A stretch of 63,101 nucleotides of DNA, counting the filler, from Collodictyon triciliatum (lineage: Eukaryota), in assembly GCA_043381765.1 (NCBI GenBank). It is 5 parts of 5 records of this genome, joined end to end, with 100 filler letters (N's around TTAATTAATTAA, not from the genome) between each part and the next. Parts side by side here need not be neighbours in the genome. Positions count along the whole stretch, not along the records: positions 1 to 15,994 come from JBHJMP010001604.1; positions 16,095 to 37,688 come from JBHJMP010001605.1; 3 more parts are not named here. One strand, given 5' to 3'. The position numbers and the translations under genes are program-made. Of the stretch, positions 13,901 through 26,946 are shown one piece after another (the stretch's first letter is position 1; each line of letters begins with the position of its first letter). Below the pieces are notes generated by a model. The model saw only the letters and a program-made list of their open reading frames with translations. It was not told the DNA's origin and made no database searches.

Positions 13901-15863
13901 TAGATATGGGGATATCAAGGTTGCAGTCGAGGGTTTTTTCGTTCCTCCTCTACTTTACCATTTCACTACCCAATCATGCATTTATTATAATAGGATGTTA
14001 AAGAAGAAAATGAAGAGATATGTATAAAGGCATTCGCCATTACTGTAATTTATGAGAAGGATTTGATCTTTTTTTTTAAAAGGAAAAAAAAACAATACTA
14101 TTAAAAATAGGAGTTGCTATAATCGCAGAATAATATTGTCGAATTTTTTTTGTATTACTTCTTGAGAAACTCATCGAGACACGAGAGTCTGGTGCGGCTG
14201 TCAGGACGTGGTTTACCAAAAGTTGGAGATGATGAAGAGAGGCGCGAATGACGCCCACCAATTGCAGATATACATTGGGCTCAGTGCCGTCTGATGTACG
14301 GAGGCGATCGTCCTCTTCAAAGGTGTTGATTGCAGCCATCAAATGAGGGAGGCCGTTGTCCAAGGCACAGACGAGTCGAGCAAAATGAGGGGTGCACCGG
14401 ATGTAATCCGAGAAGTTTAGCAAAACAGCATGCAAACGGAGGACAAAAGCGTATCCGGAGGAGCTTGAGACAAGAGGGGGCTGGTCGGCCCGCAGGGTCT
14501 TTGTCAGTTGGCCAAGGGAAAGGGCAATGTCTTCCAGGGTGGCCTTGAGGCCTGTCAGGAATGCAATTTCCTCGGGCGTGGAGTCATCAGCAGAGGAGTT
14601 TGCCAAGGCTGCAGATGGAATGGCCGCCATGGCAGTGACCATCTGGATGAGATGGGATATTTCAACCTCAGCTATGAGCTGGAGGCGAGCAGAGCGGAAG
14701 GTGGCGAGAAGAATGGGGACGTAGTCGGCGATGCGACGGGCGTTTGGATCTGTGCGCTTCTTCCTGCGCATGAGCTCGAAGGTCTCGATGGGTATGTGAT
14801 GGACCTGCTTGGCCCACTCCAGGAGATTGTGCCTGTGGCGCGTGTGCGTGAGGGCGCTGCCAAGATTGAGGCAGGTGACGGACAACTCGGCCATGGTGGC
14901 GAGCAGGCTCTTGAACACGTCAATCCCAGACTCGTCCAGCGCGGTGCTGATGCGGAAGAGATCCTCCAGGCGGCGGCTTGTGGCTGCATAGCTGCTGCAG
15001 AGCGGGCCGATGTCAGCATCCTCAAAGTCGGGCCCTTGCAGAGACGCAGTGGCCAGCACATCCAGCACCATGGACGCCGATTGGCGCAGCGCTTTGGCCG
15101 CCGCTGTCGCCAGTTGCTGCGAGTACCGGTCCGTGGCTGGCGTGCTTGCATTTGCGACGGATCCGCCTGTTGATGCTGTTGTTGTTGTTGCTGCTGCTGC
15201 TGCTGCTGTCGATGCTGCTGCTGATGATGATGATTGATTGGGCGGCGTCTGCTGGGAAAATGATGATGAGGATGATGTTGTTGTTGGCGTTGATGATGAC
15301 GGTGCAGTCGATGGTGGCGGCGTGGATGCATTTGCGACGACGGAGGGCGGCGGGGACGAGATGGGTTGTCCCGGCTGCGTTTGGGGCTGGTTCTGCTGCT
15401 GGTTCTGCTGGTTCTGGGAGAGCAGGATGGGCAGCGCGTTGGAGGTGACGATGGAGGCTGTGGCTGTGGCTGTGGCTGTGGCTGTGGCTGTGGCCTGTGC
15501 GGCGTGGCGGCAGACGGTGTAGAGGCGCGTGCGGTGGAACTTGAGGGCCTGGACCCACAGGGCGAGGCGCAGCTGCGTGGCGGGGTCGACGGCCGGGTCG
15601 TCCTCTGCGCGGCAGATGTCGCGGGTCACGTCGTTGAGCGTGGCGGCGGAGCGCATCAGCTGCTCGGAGACTCCGCGGAAGGAGTGGCCCAGGAACTTGC
15701 CCACCGCGTCCGGAAGGCGCTCCCCGGCCTCCTTTGCCGTCAGCGTCGTCTGCAGCGGACTCAGCCCCAGGCGCTGCAGCGGGGTGGCGGCCGTGCGCGT
15801 CGCGGTGTGCCCGGAGGCGGAGGTGTTGCTGTCGCTGTCGATCGTCTTGGAGAGCTCGTCCAT
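10927..15863 (-). CDS. Ras guanine nucleotide exchange factor (REM + CDC25 domain) with a long helical/low-complexity N-terminal exon
   Basis: Spliced exons give FLKACIMTYQSFTSSEKFFGKLMERY (REM), [69 protein letters not shown]...QINFDK, LYRLSLIREPR...TAA; the 5' end lies near a contig end and may be incomplete. Confidence 0.93.
11672..11673 (-). other. 2-nt microexon (CG) of the RasGEF gene
   Basis: Minus strand reads ...ggatAG|CG|GTtagt...; joins TAC AT + CG + GT ATA TAC = Y-I-G-I-Y and restores the frame. Confidence 0.75.
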
Positions 15864-15886
15864 TGGGCGTCTCTGCTGTGTCGTGG

Positions 15887-15994
15887 CTTTTTTGTTTTTT
15901 GCTTTTTGTTTTTTGTTTTTTGTTTTTTGTTTTTTGTTTTTTGTTTTTTGTTTTTTGTTTTTTGTTTTTTGTTTTTTGTTTTTTGTTTTTTGTT
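15887..15994. repeat. (TTTTTGT)-type simple repeat at a contig end
   Basis: Seen directly next to the N run. Confidence 0.9.
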
Positions 15995-16038
15995 NNNNNN
16001 NNNNNNNNNNNNNNNNNNNNNNNNNNNNNNNNNNNNNN

Positions 16039-16050
16039 TTAATTAATTAA
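16039..16050. other. Artificial contig linker TTAATTAATTAA (stops in all six frames) between N runs
   Basis: Identical N-TTAATTAATTAA-N block also at 37733-37744, 53820-53831 and 61823-61834. Confidence 0.9.
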
Positions 16051-16094
16051 NNNNNNNNNNNNNNNNNNNNNNNNNNNNNNNNNNNNNNNNNNNN

Positions 16095-16487
16095 ACGCTC
16101 CCGGCCAAAGATGTACAAGCACTCGGAAAAGACGGTCAGGTACTGCATCAGGATGAGGAGCACGTTCAGCACCACAAAGAAGTGCTCCATGGCTGCCAGA
16201 GTGACTGGGAAAAGGCGGGTGCACCCAAACAGCAGCGTGATCAGCGAAAGCGGAACTATTGCAAGGACAAGCGAGTTGTAGAGCAGCCATGCTGTCATGC
16301 TTGCTGAGTACCGACCCGAGCCCTTCAGGTTCGGTGCATGCGGCGGGCGGATGAATGTGTCTGCTCTTGTGATCGATTCAGGACGGGTATGCCTTGTGTT
16401 TGTCTGTGCATCTTGCACACTCTGCACGGCAGCTTGGCTCTTGTCCGCGATGGGTTCGTGGTTGGGTGAGTCGGTGACTTTGCTCAT
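16095..16487 (-). CDS. N-terminal part of a predicted membrane protein, truncated at the contig end
   Basis: ATG at 16487: MSKVTDSP... followed by two hydrophobic stretches (WLLYNSLVLAIVPLSLITLLFG; FFVVLNVLLILMQYLTVF), then runs into Ns. Confidence 0.55.
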
Positions 16488-17669
16488 GTCTTGTGGTTGT
16501 GTGAGCTTCTGTGTGTCTGTGTGTTTGTGTGTTTGTGCGTCTTTGCGTTTTCCTTCTGCCACAAGACGCTTCTCCTGGCCTCGTCAGTGTACAGAATGTT
16601 TTTTTTTTGCGTACTCTGAAAAAAAGTCGATACCCAGCTGTTAAAGCTAAGAGAAATGTTAAAACTAGGCCTTGTTATTTGCTGTTTCGTTACTCTTTGT
16701 GTGTTGGTGCTTTTCGTTTTTATTCTGAATATTACTTCGTAGTTTATATCCTGGATTTCTCATTGTTACTCAGTAAGCCAGCAATTGGGTATGTGATTGA
16801 AGCATAAATAATATAAATTCCACATTAAATTTCATTGAAAATCATGGGTTACGAGTACTTCCCAAAACTTTGCCCACACTCTATTTATTATCCCGCTTGT
16901 TGTGAGGGGACAAAGAGTCGCAGACCTGATAAGCGTATCTCGCCGCCGGGTAATCCGAATGGACGAGTGCAAGGAATCTTCCACACGTTTCCAAGGGGCT
17001 ATGCACAATACTTTNNNNNNNNNNNNNNNNNNNNNNNNNNNNNNNNNNNNNNNNNNNNNNNNNNNNNNNNNNNNNNNNNNNNNNNNNNNNNNNNNNNNNN
17101 NNNNNNNNNNNNNNNNNNNNNNNNNNNNNNNNNNNNNNNNNNNNNNNNNNNNNNNNNNNNNNNNNNNNNNNNNNNNNNNNNNNNNNNNNNNNNNNNNNNN
17201 NNNNNNNNNNNNNNNNNNNNNNNNNNNNNNNNNNNNNNNNNNNNNNNNNNNNNNNNNNNNNNNNNNNNNNNNNNNNNNNNNNNNNNNNNNNNNNNNNNNN
17301 NNNNNNNNNNNNNNNNNNNNNNNNNNNNNNNNNNNNNNNNNNNNNNNNNNNNNNNNNNNNNNNNNNNNNNNNNNNNNNNNNNNNNNNNNNNNNNNNNNNN
17401 NNNNNNNNNNNNNNNNNNNNNNNNNNNNNNNNNNNNNNNNNNNNNNNNNNNNNNNNNNNNNNNNNNNNNNNNNNNNNNNNNNNNNNNNNNNNNNACTTTC
17501 TTGATGGTTTCTTTTTGATCATGCTGATCGAAATGATTGCTGAAAGATCTTTAGGAAACTTCCATTCTCGCCTATTTGCGTAGTTTTTAATCGATTCGGT
17601 CTATTACATATCAAGCTTTATACTTCAGTATTTTGTGCGATTTTTTGAAGTATTTTGACTCTTCGTTCA

Positions 17670-18114
17670 ATGAAAAGTGACACGGCCATTGCGGAAAAAG
17701 GATTGGTTGACGAGAATCAAACACTGGTGCTAGAGTGGTTCCGTAAATCTGGATTGCAAGACGAAGCTGTTTCAACAATAGCAAGCTACCAAGGTTTGCC
17801 AGCATTCGTGAGCTCTTTTATTTTATTTGTTTTATTCCTCACTCCAACCGTAGAAGGGCTCACTTTCACTGTTTTAGAATCAATTGCTCCAATCATATGG
17901 AATCTTATTGGAAGAAGTGTTGGTCGGAATCGGTGTTTCAAAGTAATAATTATGGTGTTTTGTTTTGTTTTGTTTTGTTTTGTTTTGTTTTGTTTTGTTT
18001 TGTTTTGTTTTGTTTTGTTTTGTTTTTCAGAAAATGTAATGCTGCTTGCCTTTTTGCACCTGTAGGATTTATAAAAGGAAAATAAATCAATGTAAAAGCA
18101 TGCTACAGTGATCA

Positions 18115-18210
<96 letters not shown>

Positions 18211-21200
18211 TTGCAGAGCAAATGCCATGACAGATACGAGAAGGCCAAGGAGCTATACGAAAGAGCAAAGTCCCCATTTCCGTTCCAAGGTCTTATTGTC
18301 ACCACTCTTTTGCACATACATTCTGAATGATGGTCTCTTTCACTCTTCCATATAGACATACTATTTGCACGAATAGGTCTTGGCCTAGAGGAAAATGGAT
18401 CCATAGTCCTTATCCGTACCTGCATTCTTCTTGATAAGGTATATTGAATCAATCTTGCACTCATTCTATTGCTATAATCTCCCTATAATTTTGGTATAAA
18501 TATTATTATTATAATTATTTTTATCATCATTTATTTATTTAGGCTTCTTTTGCAATTGTAAATCTTTGTCAAAAATAAAATCAATGAAACCGCGACTAGA
18601 TGAAGCTTGCTCGTGAAGACTTGAAGGAGAGACAGTTCAAGAAATGGAATCCAGCACCGCAAAGATACACAACACAAACAAAACTCTCTCCAATTATATT
18701 CGAGGAGCGTGTTATACGTGTCTTCCTTTCCTCCACATTCCGTGATATGCAACGTGAAAGAGATGAATTCTTCAAGCACGGAGCCCCCGAGTACGTCCTT
18801 TCCACTTTGATACCTTTCCTTTCCTTCCCTTCCCTCCCTTATTTGAAGGCGAAACGTCTAATTATGGGCTTATCATATCACCGATAGATTGAAAAGACTC
18901 GCAAAATCGAAAGGACTTGAGCTTGTTTTTATCGATTTACGATGGGGACTGACCTCCGAAGACAGCAGTGAAGGATGGGTAAGAGGCAAAAATCTGGGAT
19001 GTAGTTCTGATACACAACATTTATTTTTGTTCACTGAATGTAATAACTGAATAGGTTGTTATTCGTTGCTTGGACTCCATTGGAAAATGCCCATACTTTG
19101 TGTGCTCTCTAGGTGCCCGCTACGGCTGGATTCCCGACCAAAACAAAACCGAGCTGAATAAGACAGCCCGCCTTGAAGAATTGCAGAAAACAAAGACTGC
19201 TGCCACTATGAATGACATTTGGGTGGAATGGCGCAGTGAAACAAATAGCCGCTTCCCTTTTATTAACGAAATGCCAGGATTGAGTGTGACTGAATACGAA
19301 GTAAATGATGAGCTAAATTTCTATCAATATTTTGGGAACTTTTTCCTCGATCTAATACCATACAACTATCTAGATTCAATACGCTTGCCTCGTCCAAAAA
19401 GCTGCGTGCAGCCGTGCCTTCTTTTATCTTCGTGATGAGCAATATGCCATCCAAATTGCCAAGAGTGAAGAAGAAAGGAAACTGTTCCAAGCTGAAAGCG
19501 AAGAAGCGGTAGCAGCTCGACTTATTATTTATACAACTATCATAACTATTACTATTATAATTATAATTACTACAATTATTATTTATCATTCTATAGTTAA
19601 AGTATGTAATTGAAGTAAACTAATGGGGTGTATTTTATTCAGCGAAAAAGACAGGATGAACTCAAAGGGAAAGTCAAGGCCAAGTTTGGGCATGTTGTCT
19701 ACAAAGGAGCGAAGGAGTATTCGGACTTTGTGACTTATCATCTCACATACGCCATCGAGCGTGACTTTGGGAATCAAATCGTAATGATATTGGAAATGGA
19801 TAATTTATTCAAAGATTTTAAATAGATATTTATTACTCGTATATTTTTGTCGATGAAAAGGAAAATAGTATTCGATAGTGGCCACATTTCTTTCTTCTTC
19901 ATTCCATTGTTATTTAACTTTTTATAAGCCTGATTTTTCTTTATTATCTACAACATGCATATCCACTTACGAACAATCCTATTATTGAAATCCACTGAAT
20001 TTAGGTGAGAGACCCCGAAGACCAAGCACAACATCAGTTTAAAATGCACAGACTTGCAGGATTTGGTGGAAGAAAGGCCCTTCTCGATACTATCTCAGAT
20101 TTGGTGATTGTGATACTTATCTACACATTTGGTTCAATAGCCCAAGACCTCCCTCCTTGTGACCTAACCATGATTTCCATTCATTACAGACCACGAGACA
20201 ACTGGCTATTGAAAAGTCCAAAATTGTTGTTCTTGCAGCCGAATCTGGTATTGGAAAGTCGTCTCTCATGGCTGCAGCTGCCAGAGATCTTGGGACATTA
20301 GAGCAACCAGGATTGAATGTCTTCTTTCATTTTGTTGGCTGCACTAACCTCAGCAACTATGTGGAAAGGTTCACTTAAAATTGAATCCTGATTTGACATA
20401 AACAGTATTCAGAACTTCTGATGTCCGTGATTATATAGCATCTCTATTCGCTTTTGGACTTTGGTTGCAAAATCCATCAATTTCTCTGAAGAAAGGAGGC
20501 AAGACACTGGTGAGTATATGCCATAAATGTGCCCATGGTTAGGAATGTTGAATTGGAAAGTAATAATTTCTTTTTATAGAATATGAAAAAGAAGGACTCC
20601 AAGGCTTGCTTAAAAGTATTCAGCACAAAAACAGGTGCATTAATTTAGTTTCAGACCCCTTCCTACTCATTTTTCAGAAGAAAAAAATCAACCAACATTC
20701 GACACGTCTTGTTTATTTTATTTTTACTTGACATATTTTTCATCTAGGGATCAAAAATTCGTTTTCCTCATTGATGCCATCAATCAAATACATCCCTCTC
20801 AAGAGACGCCCGCCCCGCATCTTTTGACTTGGTTACCCAAAGAAACACCCTCCAATATTGCTATAATTGTTTCGACCATCGATACGCACGAGTCATGCAA
20901 GGTAGTATACTAAAAAAAATAATCATATTATTATTAATAAGCCAAGTTTTTTTTTTTTTTATTGCCTGCGGAAATAATATGTTGAACCTTTTCGGCATCA
21001 TAGTCCGCCGTTAGAAGTGGCTTACAGCCTATTCCAGTAACCAAATTGACAAAAAGCGAAATCAAAGATAGTGTAGAATCTTTTCTCGTTCGGTTTGACA
21101 AAACCTTAAATGAAAGCCAAATAAGGATGATTCTAGACGACTTTCAAGATACTGGTATTTCATAGTTCCATGAAGATATACCATCCATGTCAAATATTTC

Positions 21201-24200
21201 AACGAGTTAATGAAATAATTGTTTCTTATATTTTCTTGAAATAGGTCACCCTCTTTACCTCCGTATTGTGCTTGATGAAATCAGGGTGTTTGGTGTCTAT
21301 GAGAAGCTTGACGAGGAGCTTAATACATTATTATCGACCAAGGGTGTTGTTGACCTTTACACTCTTATCATCCAACGCTGGAAAACCAAGTTCGACAGGG
21401 AGGGTTAGTCAAACCAGTTTAATTTTTTGGTTACTTTTTGGCTGAAACCATGGGCTATTCGTAATAGGTATTGAATATGTTGCTGAATCGATGAAAGCTC
21501 TTTTTGTTTCCCGTATTGGCTTAAGTGAAGGAGATTTAGATAGTTATATGAGAGACGCAATAGGCAAGAGATTCGAACTTTCGGAATGGTATCTATATAA
21601 TACCACAAAAAAATCATGAATTTATATAGACGAAATACTCTGACATTCTTTTTTTTTTCAGAACGCTAAATTCCTTTTTCTTCTAAAAAACAACAGGAAA
21701 TCCTTTTTCTTTACTCTCATAGAGTCGCTATTTGTTCGAAATGGGAGGTTTGGTGCTTAGTTTATATATGGATATTGTCTTACAGTATTTAATTCATCTT
21801 TGAACAGATATATGTACTTCCATCAGTTGCTTTTGGAGACTACCGAAATATTCTACTTTTCTGAAGAACAAGAAAAAATCAAGACTCACGAGAAATATGG
21901 TAAATGGTTGACTGGTCAATATTCAGAGACGATTGATGTTGATCAAGAACTCGTGGCTGAAATGTGTCACCAGCTTTTGAAGGGGCAGTCATTTGAGTTA
22001 CTTGTTGAATATCTCAAGCAAAAACACGTAAGTGATTATTACTATAGCAAAAATAACTAAAATAAAAATAGAAAACTCTTAAATAATGATTTCCTAGCTT
22101 TTCAATTTTACGTATGATTTCAAAAGGTTATAAGCATCATGCTTGAAGGGCGATATCGCTATGAATTCTTTTCATGCTGGCGTGCCATCAATGCCAGCGG
22201 AACCGCAAATTATAAAGAAGTTTATGGAACTATGATAAAGGTTCGATCATTTTCTTTGGGCCGCACTTTAATTTTATGTTTCATATTTGGCGTTCATAAT
22301 TACTTTTTATGTTTATATATTTATTTAATTGGTTTAATTTATCGCAAATAGAATTTGGATAAGGTTGGTGGCCTTCTTGTAGATTTTTTCCTGGAATCTT
22401 TCGAGAACTCATTTCTATTGTCAGTCTTAAATGTACGTCTAGGGAAGCACCAGACAGAAGGTATTTATCAAGACCATTAAAAGGACACCATTCCTTTTTC
22501 ATTTACTGTGTTCTCATTAGAATCATCATAAGCCTGCTCTGTTTAAATACATCCACTCGCAGAATCTAAATCTGAAGACTATATGAATCTCGGGCGCATC
22601 TACAAGAATCTCCGCAAGTAAGAAATGGCATTAAACCTCATGGAAAAAAAACTTCTATCACTCGGGGAGTTTGAATATTTTAATTTTGTCTTTTATAGTC
22701 AGAGCGAGTCGATGCACTTCTTTAAAAAATGCCTTGATGCTATGGAGGTGAACGAGAAAAATGAACCAATTATAGCTACTATTCACGAAGAACTCGGTTC
22801 AATCTACAAACAAGATAGCAAGTATGATCTCTGATTCGAATTACAATAGTTTATGTTTCTGCAACTTGAAAAAATTGTGACTTCTTTATATAGTTTTGAG
22901 CAAGCATTGTCAGAGTACAAGAAATCATTAGAGCTCAGGATGAAAATTTATGACGAAAACAACCTCGAAGTTGCTCAATCATATGATTGTTTTGGAGATT
23001 TATATGTGGCACAAAACAAGTAATCAAATATCATATGATAGTTGTTTGACTTTTTTGTTTGTTTGATGGATTGATTGATTCATTGATTTTTTAAAAAAAA
23101 GCCCAAATCGATTCAATATTACAGGATTGGGCAGGCGGTAATTGAATACAAAAAGTCTATGGAAATAAGACTAAAGTCAGTCGGAAGTGAACACCCTCTT
23201 GTTGCAATATCACACCAAAACTTTGGTCACGTATCTATGGCTGAAAAGAAGTATATATAAGCCGAAAGGAATAATCCTAATATGAACATCTGGGCTTGGA
23301 TTTACACATTTTTAATGTTTCTTTATGTAGATTTGAAGAATCTGTTCAGAGCTACCAACAAGCCAGAGCTATCTTTGAAAAGTCATTGGGGGATAAGCAT
23401 GCCTCTGTGGCAACTACTATTCAATTTATCGCCAATGCATTTTGTGAGGATGAAAAGTAAACCTGCCTTGATCTTTCACTTTCACTGTATATTCGATTTT
23501 TATGATGATATTTTACTCACTCCTTTTTTCTTTATCAGAAAATCAGAGGCTTTGGCATGTTTAAAGCAATCGTTAGATATTTTCTTGTCCGCCCTGGGTG
23601 AAAACCATCCTAGCGTTGTGAATTGCTATGAAGTTATTGGCAATATTTATCATGATATGAAAAAGTACTATTCTTTGGAGTATTCATTTTCATAATATTA
23701 AATGTTTGTCAGTAGAAAAAGATAGGTTGATAAAAGCTACAATTTTTTTTTTGTTCAATTTGAAATTCCTCTCTTAATTGTAGCTATAAAGAGGCTCTAG
23801 ATGCATACACGAAGACCCTAGATATTCGTAGGAGAACGCTTGGTGAAAAACATGTTGACTTTGCGACCTCTCTTGAAAATGTCGGAAGAACCAACTTTGA
23901 AATGAAAAGGTGAAGTTTAAATGTGGCATTTTATAAATAAATACCAAAATATTCACACTAAATTCCGGACGCATGAATTGACGCCCTCTATGTATCAGCT
24001 TTGCACAATCGACTGATTGCTTCCAACGGGCTGCTATTATCAGAAAGGAAACACAGACAGTAATGTCACTGAGAGATATCAATCAATTGGACAGAATTTT
24101 TGACTCGATACAGGCGAGTGCCGATAAAAAGGTATTGACCCAGCTTTCACATTCAAAAGTTGAATACTTTGACAAAATGAAGCAGTTAGCGCAAAGAGGC

Positions 24201-25100
24201 TCAGAAGACTATTACAAAAAGCTACATGAAATGGCTGGAATGAAAACGGACATTCTTGAATACAGAACCTGGGGAAAGAAAATCGGGGACAAATATAAAT
24301 ATCCTGAAGCCGTATCCAACCTGGCTGAATGTTATTACCACGGATGGGTTGTCGGAAAAGATACTCAAAAAGCTCTTGGACTACTTCGGGCTGTCGAAGA
24401 CTTTGAAAAACTGAGGGATCTATCACAGCAGAATTCAAAGGAAGCCTTCCAGATTCTGAGAGAAATGGCCGAGCAGAAAGACTGGTCCAAATATCCATCA
24501 GCCGTCTCGAAAGTTGCTGAGTGCTACGAAAACGGGTGGGCTGTTGAGAAGGACTTTGAGAAATCACTATCATTGTATAGCAAAGCCAAAGACTTTAAGA
24601 AGCTGAAGCAGTTATCCCAGAGTGGCTCGGTGCCTGCATTTAATGTTTTGTTGGGCTTGGCTGAGATGAAAAGAGATTTGAACGACCCGTGGGGGAAAAA
24701 ATATGGTGAAGAGCCCTTGTATCGGAAGGCGGCCTCAGCTTTGGCACAGTGCTATGAGAACGGTTGGGGTGTTAGCAGAAGCATGGTAAAGGCAGTTGAA
24801 TGGTATGGGCATGCTGAAGAATTCGAGACACTGAAGGAATATGCAAAGCGGGGATCAAAAGATGCATTTAAAATGCTAATTGCGGTGGCTGAAATCGTGG
24901 TAGTGGACGAAGTTGAGCACATCTCAGCCCAAGGCGTTGATATCTATGATGCTGTTTTCAGATACCCCAAGGTCTTTCAAATTATTGCTGATTGCTACGA
25001 GAATGGTTGGGGTGTCCAACACGACATAGAACAAGCCAAAGCCTGGAGGACTAAAGACAGAATCAAAGGTGGAAGACGCAGCGCTTATATAAATCGCTAA
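17670..25100 (+). CDS. NPHP3/TTC41-like STAND NTPase: DUF4062 + NACHT-like P-loop + TPR array + C-terminal SEL1-like repeats
   Basis: RVFLSSTFRDMQRERD and IDLRWG, CPYFVCSLGARYGWIP, SVTEYEI (DUF4062); IVVLAAESGIGKSS (Walker A); FVFLIDAINQ (Walker B); HPLYLRIVLDEIRVFG; 42-aa TPR exons; AECYENGW-type SEL1 repeats; exons before 18600 are tentative. Confidence 0.9.
18115..18209. repeat. (ATT)n intronic microsatellite
   Basis: Seen directly; a (TTTGT)n tract also lies at about 17957-18024. Confidence 0.97.
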
Positions 25101-25972
25101 ATAGGTGGATTCAGGAATCATCTGGGGGGGTTTTATTGCACGCCAGCTCGTTTTTTCCTGGAAAAAAAAATCACACATATCAAAAAAAAAAATACTCAAA
25201 AAATTATTGAAAGTCTGCAAAAACATATTATTCTCCAAGAACAATCCAACCGTCCCTTCCCTTGAATCGAATAAAGGAAAAAAATAATTCTCCAACAACA
25301 ATCCGGTATTTCCTGGAACGATTCGTAGCGAAGCAGCAAAAGAGGACATAGTCTTTCTTTTTCATACTTTTTTCTTTCCTTCTTTTTTGTTAATATTTCA
25401 CAAATAGTCTCCAGCGTTCCTGGCGTTGGGTAGTATCGCCTTCGAGTGTTACACAGCTCCATCGGGAAGCTGCAGCCTTTCCTATGGCATCGATAATCCC
25501 GATATTCCAAGCTTTATTATAACGCAGCACATTTTCACTTGTTCCTTAATCGCCCCCAACCGCAAGACTGCGCCCTGCTTCGACCTGCCTTTTCTGGATG
25601 AGGATCCAGATATAGGAAACTCATTCGCAGATACCAATTATGTTTTACATTTTTGGCAATAGATGAAATGCGTTTTGCTGCGTTTTTGTGCCAACAAGAA
25701 AAAACAAAAACAAAAAAAAACAAAAAAAACATAAAAAAAACAAAAAAAAACAAAAAAAAAACAAAAAAAAGAAAAGAAACTTGAGTAAAGAAGCGAAGTG
25801 TGGGCAGTTTCCCAAGCAGACTCAATCAAAGCAACAGAGATCTGCCAGAGTTGAAGCACTTCGAGGTTCGGTGTTCTGAGACTACCTGCGTTTGAACCTG
25901 TGGGCTAATTGGAGGAACCTCGGCTTGTAGGGCGTTGGAAATCAAAGCAGCAGGAGCTTGGAAAGGATTGCG

Positions 25973-26946
25973 ATGGACACAGACCCGGACAAGAACCTTT
26001 CAAAGAACGTGCTCAAGATGAAGGTAAGCTTAAGTTGCTTGGAGATAAACCACGATGCCTTTGGGGTGCATTGTGCATGTTCTCTGCCGACGAGCCAGTG
26101 TTTCTAATTTCCGTGCTCAGTTCATGCATCGAGTCAAGGAGCATGAGGAGAAGCTGCAATCCGAGCGTGAACGGCACACCCGCGCCTTGGAGGACGAGTG
26201 GAACACGGAAGACCCTATTCTCAAGCGCATCAAGTACACCTTTCTTTTTTGTTCTTTTTTTTGTTCTTTTTTTTGTTCCTATTTGTTCTCTTTGTTTTAT
26301 TTTCTTCTTTTCAAAGGTTTAATCATGACTTTAATACCCATGCCTATGGACAGTGCGCAGATCACCAGAGACGAAACTTCCCTTACCTCGCATAATTTTG
26401 GTCGAAAGTCCTTTATGAACTTCAACCCGAGCATCCAGGTGCAGACCGGGTTTCGCTATTGACATAAACCGATATGATTGAACCACAATTTCATTCTTTC
26501 CTTTGTCGATTCCACTTATTGTACCTCTGTACAGCACTATATTAGTACTTTATTTCGATTAATGCAGTTATTCACCCACTTTTTCTTCGACTTTACAAAA
26601 CATACCTAAAAAAATCACCTAGAAAATCCAAGAAGAAAAGCAGTCCAAGATGAAAAAGGTGGAACACGTCCCGGCAGAACCTGTTGCTAAGCACAGTGGC
26701 GGAACTATCGAAGTTGCTGATATGGCTCATCGGTAAGTGTTTAATCCCTCCAAAGTTTGAGCACCAACGAGCGGAGATTATGAGAACGTGGATCACCTCT
26801 TGTATATCGATGTTGAGGCAAACACTTTTCTCTGCTCCAGGTACCAAACTCTGGTTACTGGCCACGACAGATATCTTCCAAAGCGCCCGTTGTCTGAGCA
26901 ACCCAGCCCGAAAGTTTTTAATTCAACAAAAAAACCAAAGAACTAA
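25973..26946 (+). CDS. MPP6: M-phase phosphoprotein 6 (nuclear exosome cofactor)
   Basis: 5 exons: NLSKNVLKMK|FMHR, EDEW, FGRKSFMNFNPSIQ|K, EVADMAHR|YQTLV, matching MPP6 motifs recalled from memory; TAA at 26944-26946. Confidence 0.85.

Noticed and set aside
14330-16050. Multiple overlapping plus-strand and alternative-frame ORFs
   Set aside because: Shadow ORFs of the GC-rich RasGEF exon
15864-16487. Transmembrane ORF as the N-terminus of a membrane-anchored RasGEF
   Set aside because: Separated by an artificial linker, and I found no phase-compatible splice join; adjacency is unproven
25226-25305. Short imperfect direct repeat (TTCTCCAA-x-AACAATCC) as a CRISPR-like or mobile-element repeat
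   Set aside because: Only two copies, no array or transposase; eukaryotic 3' flank
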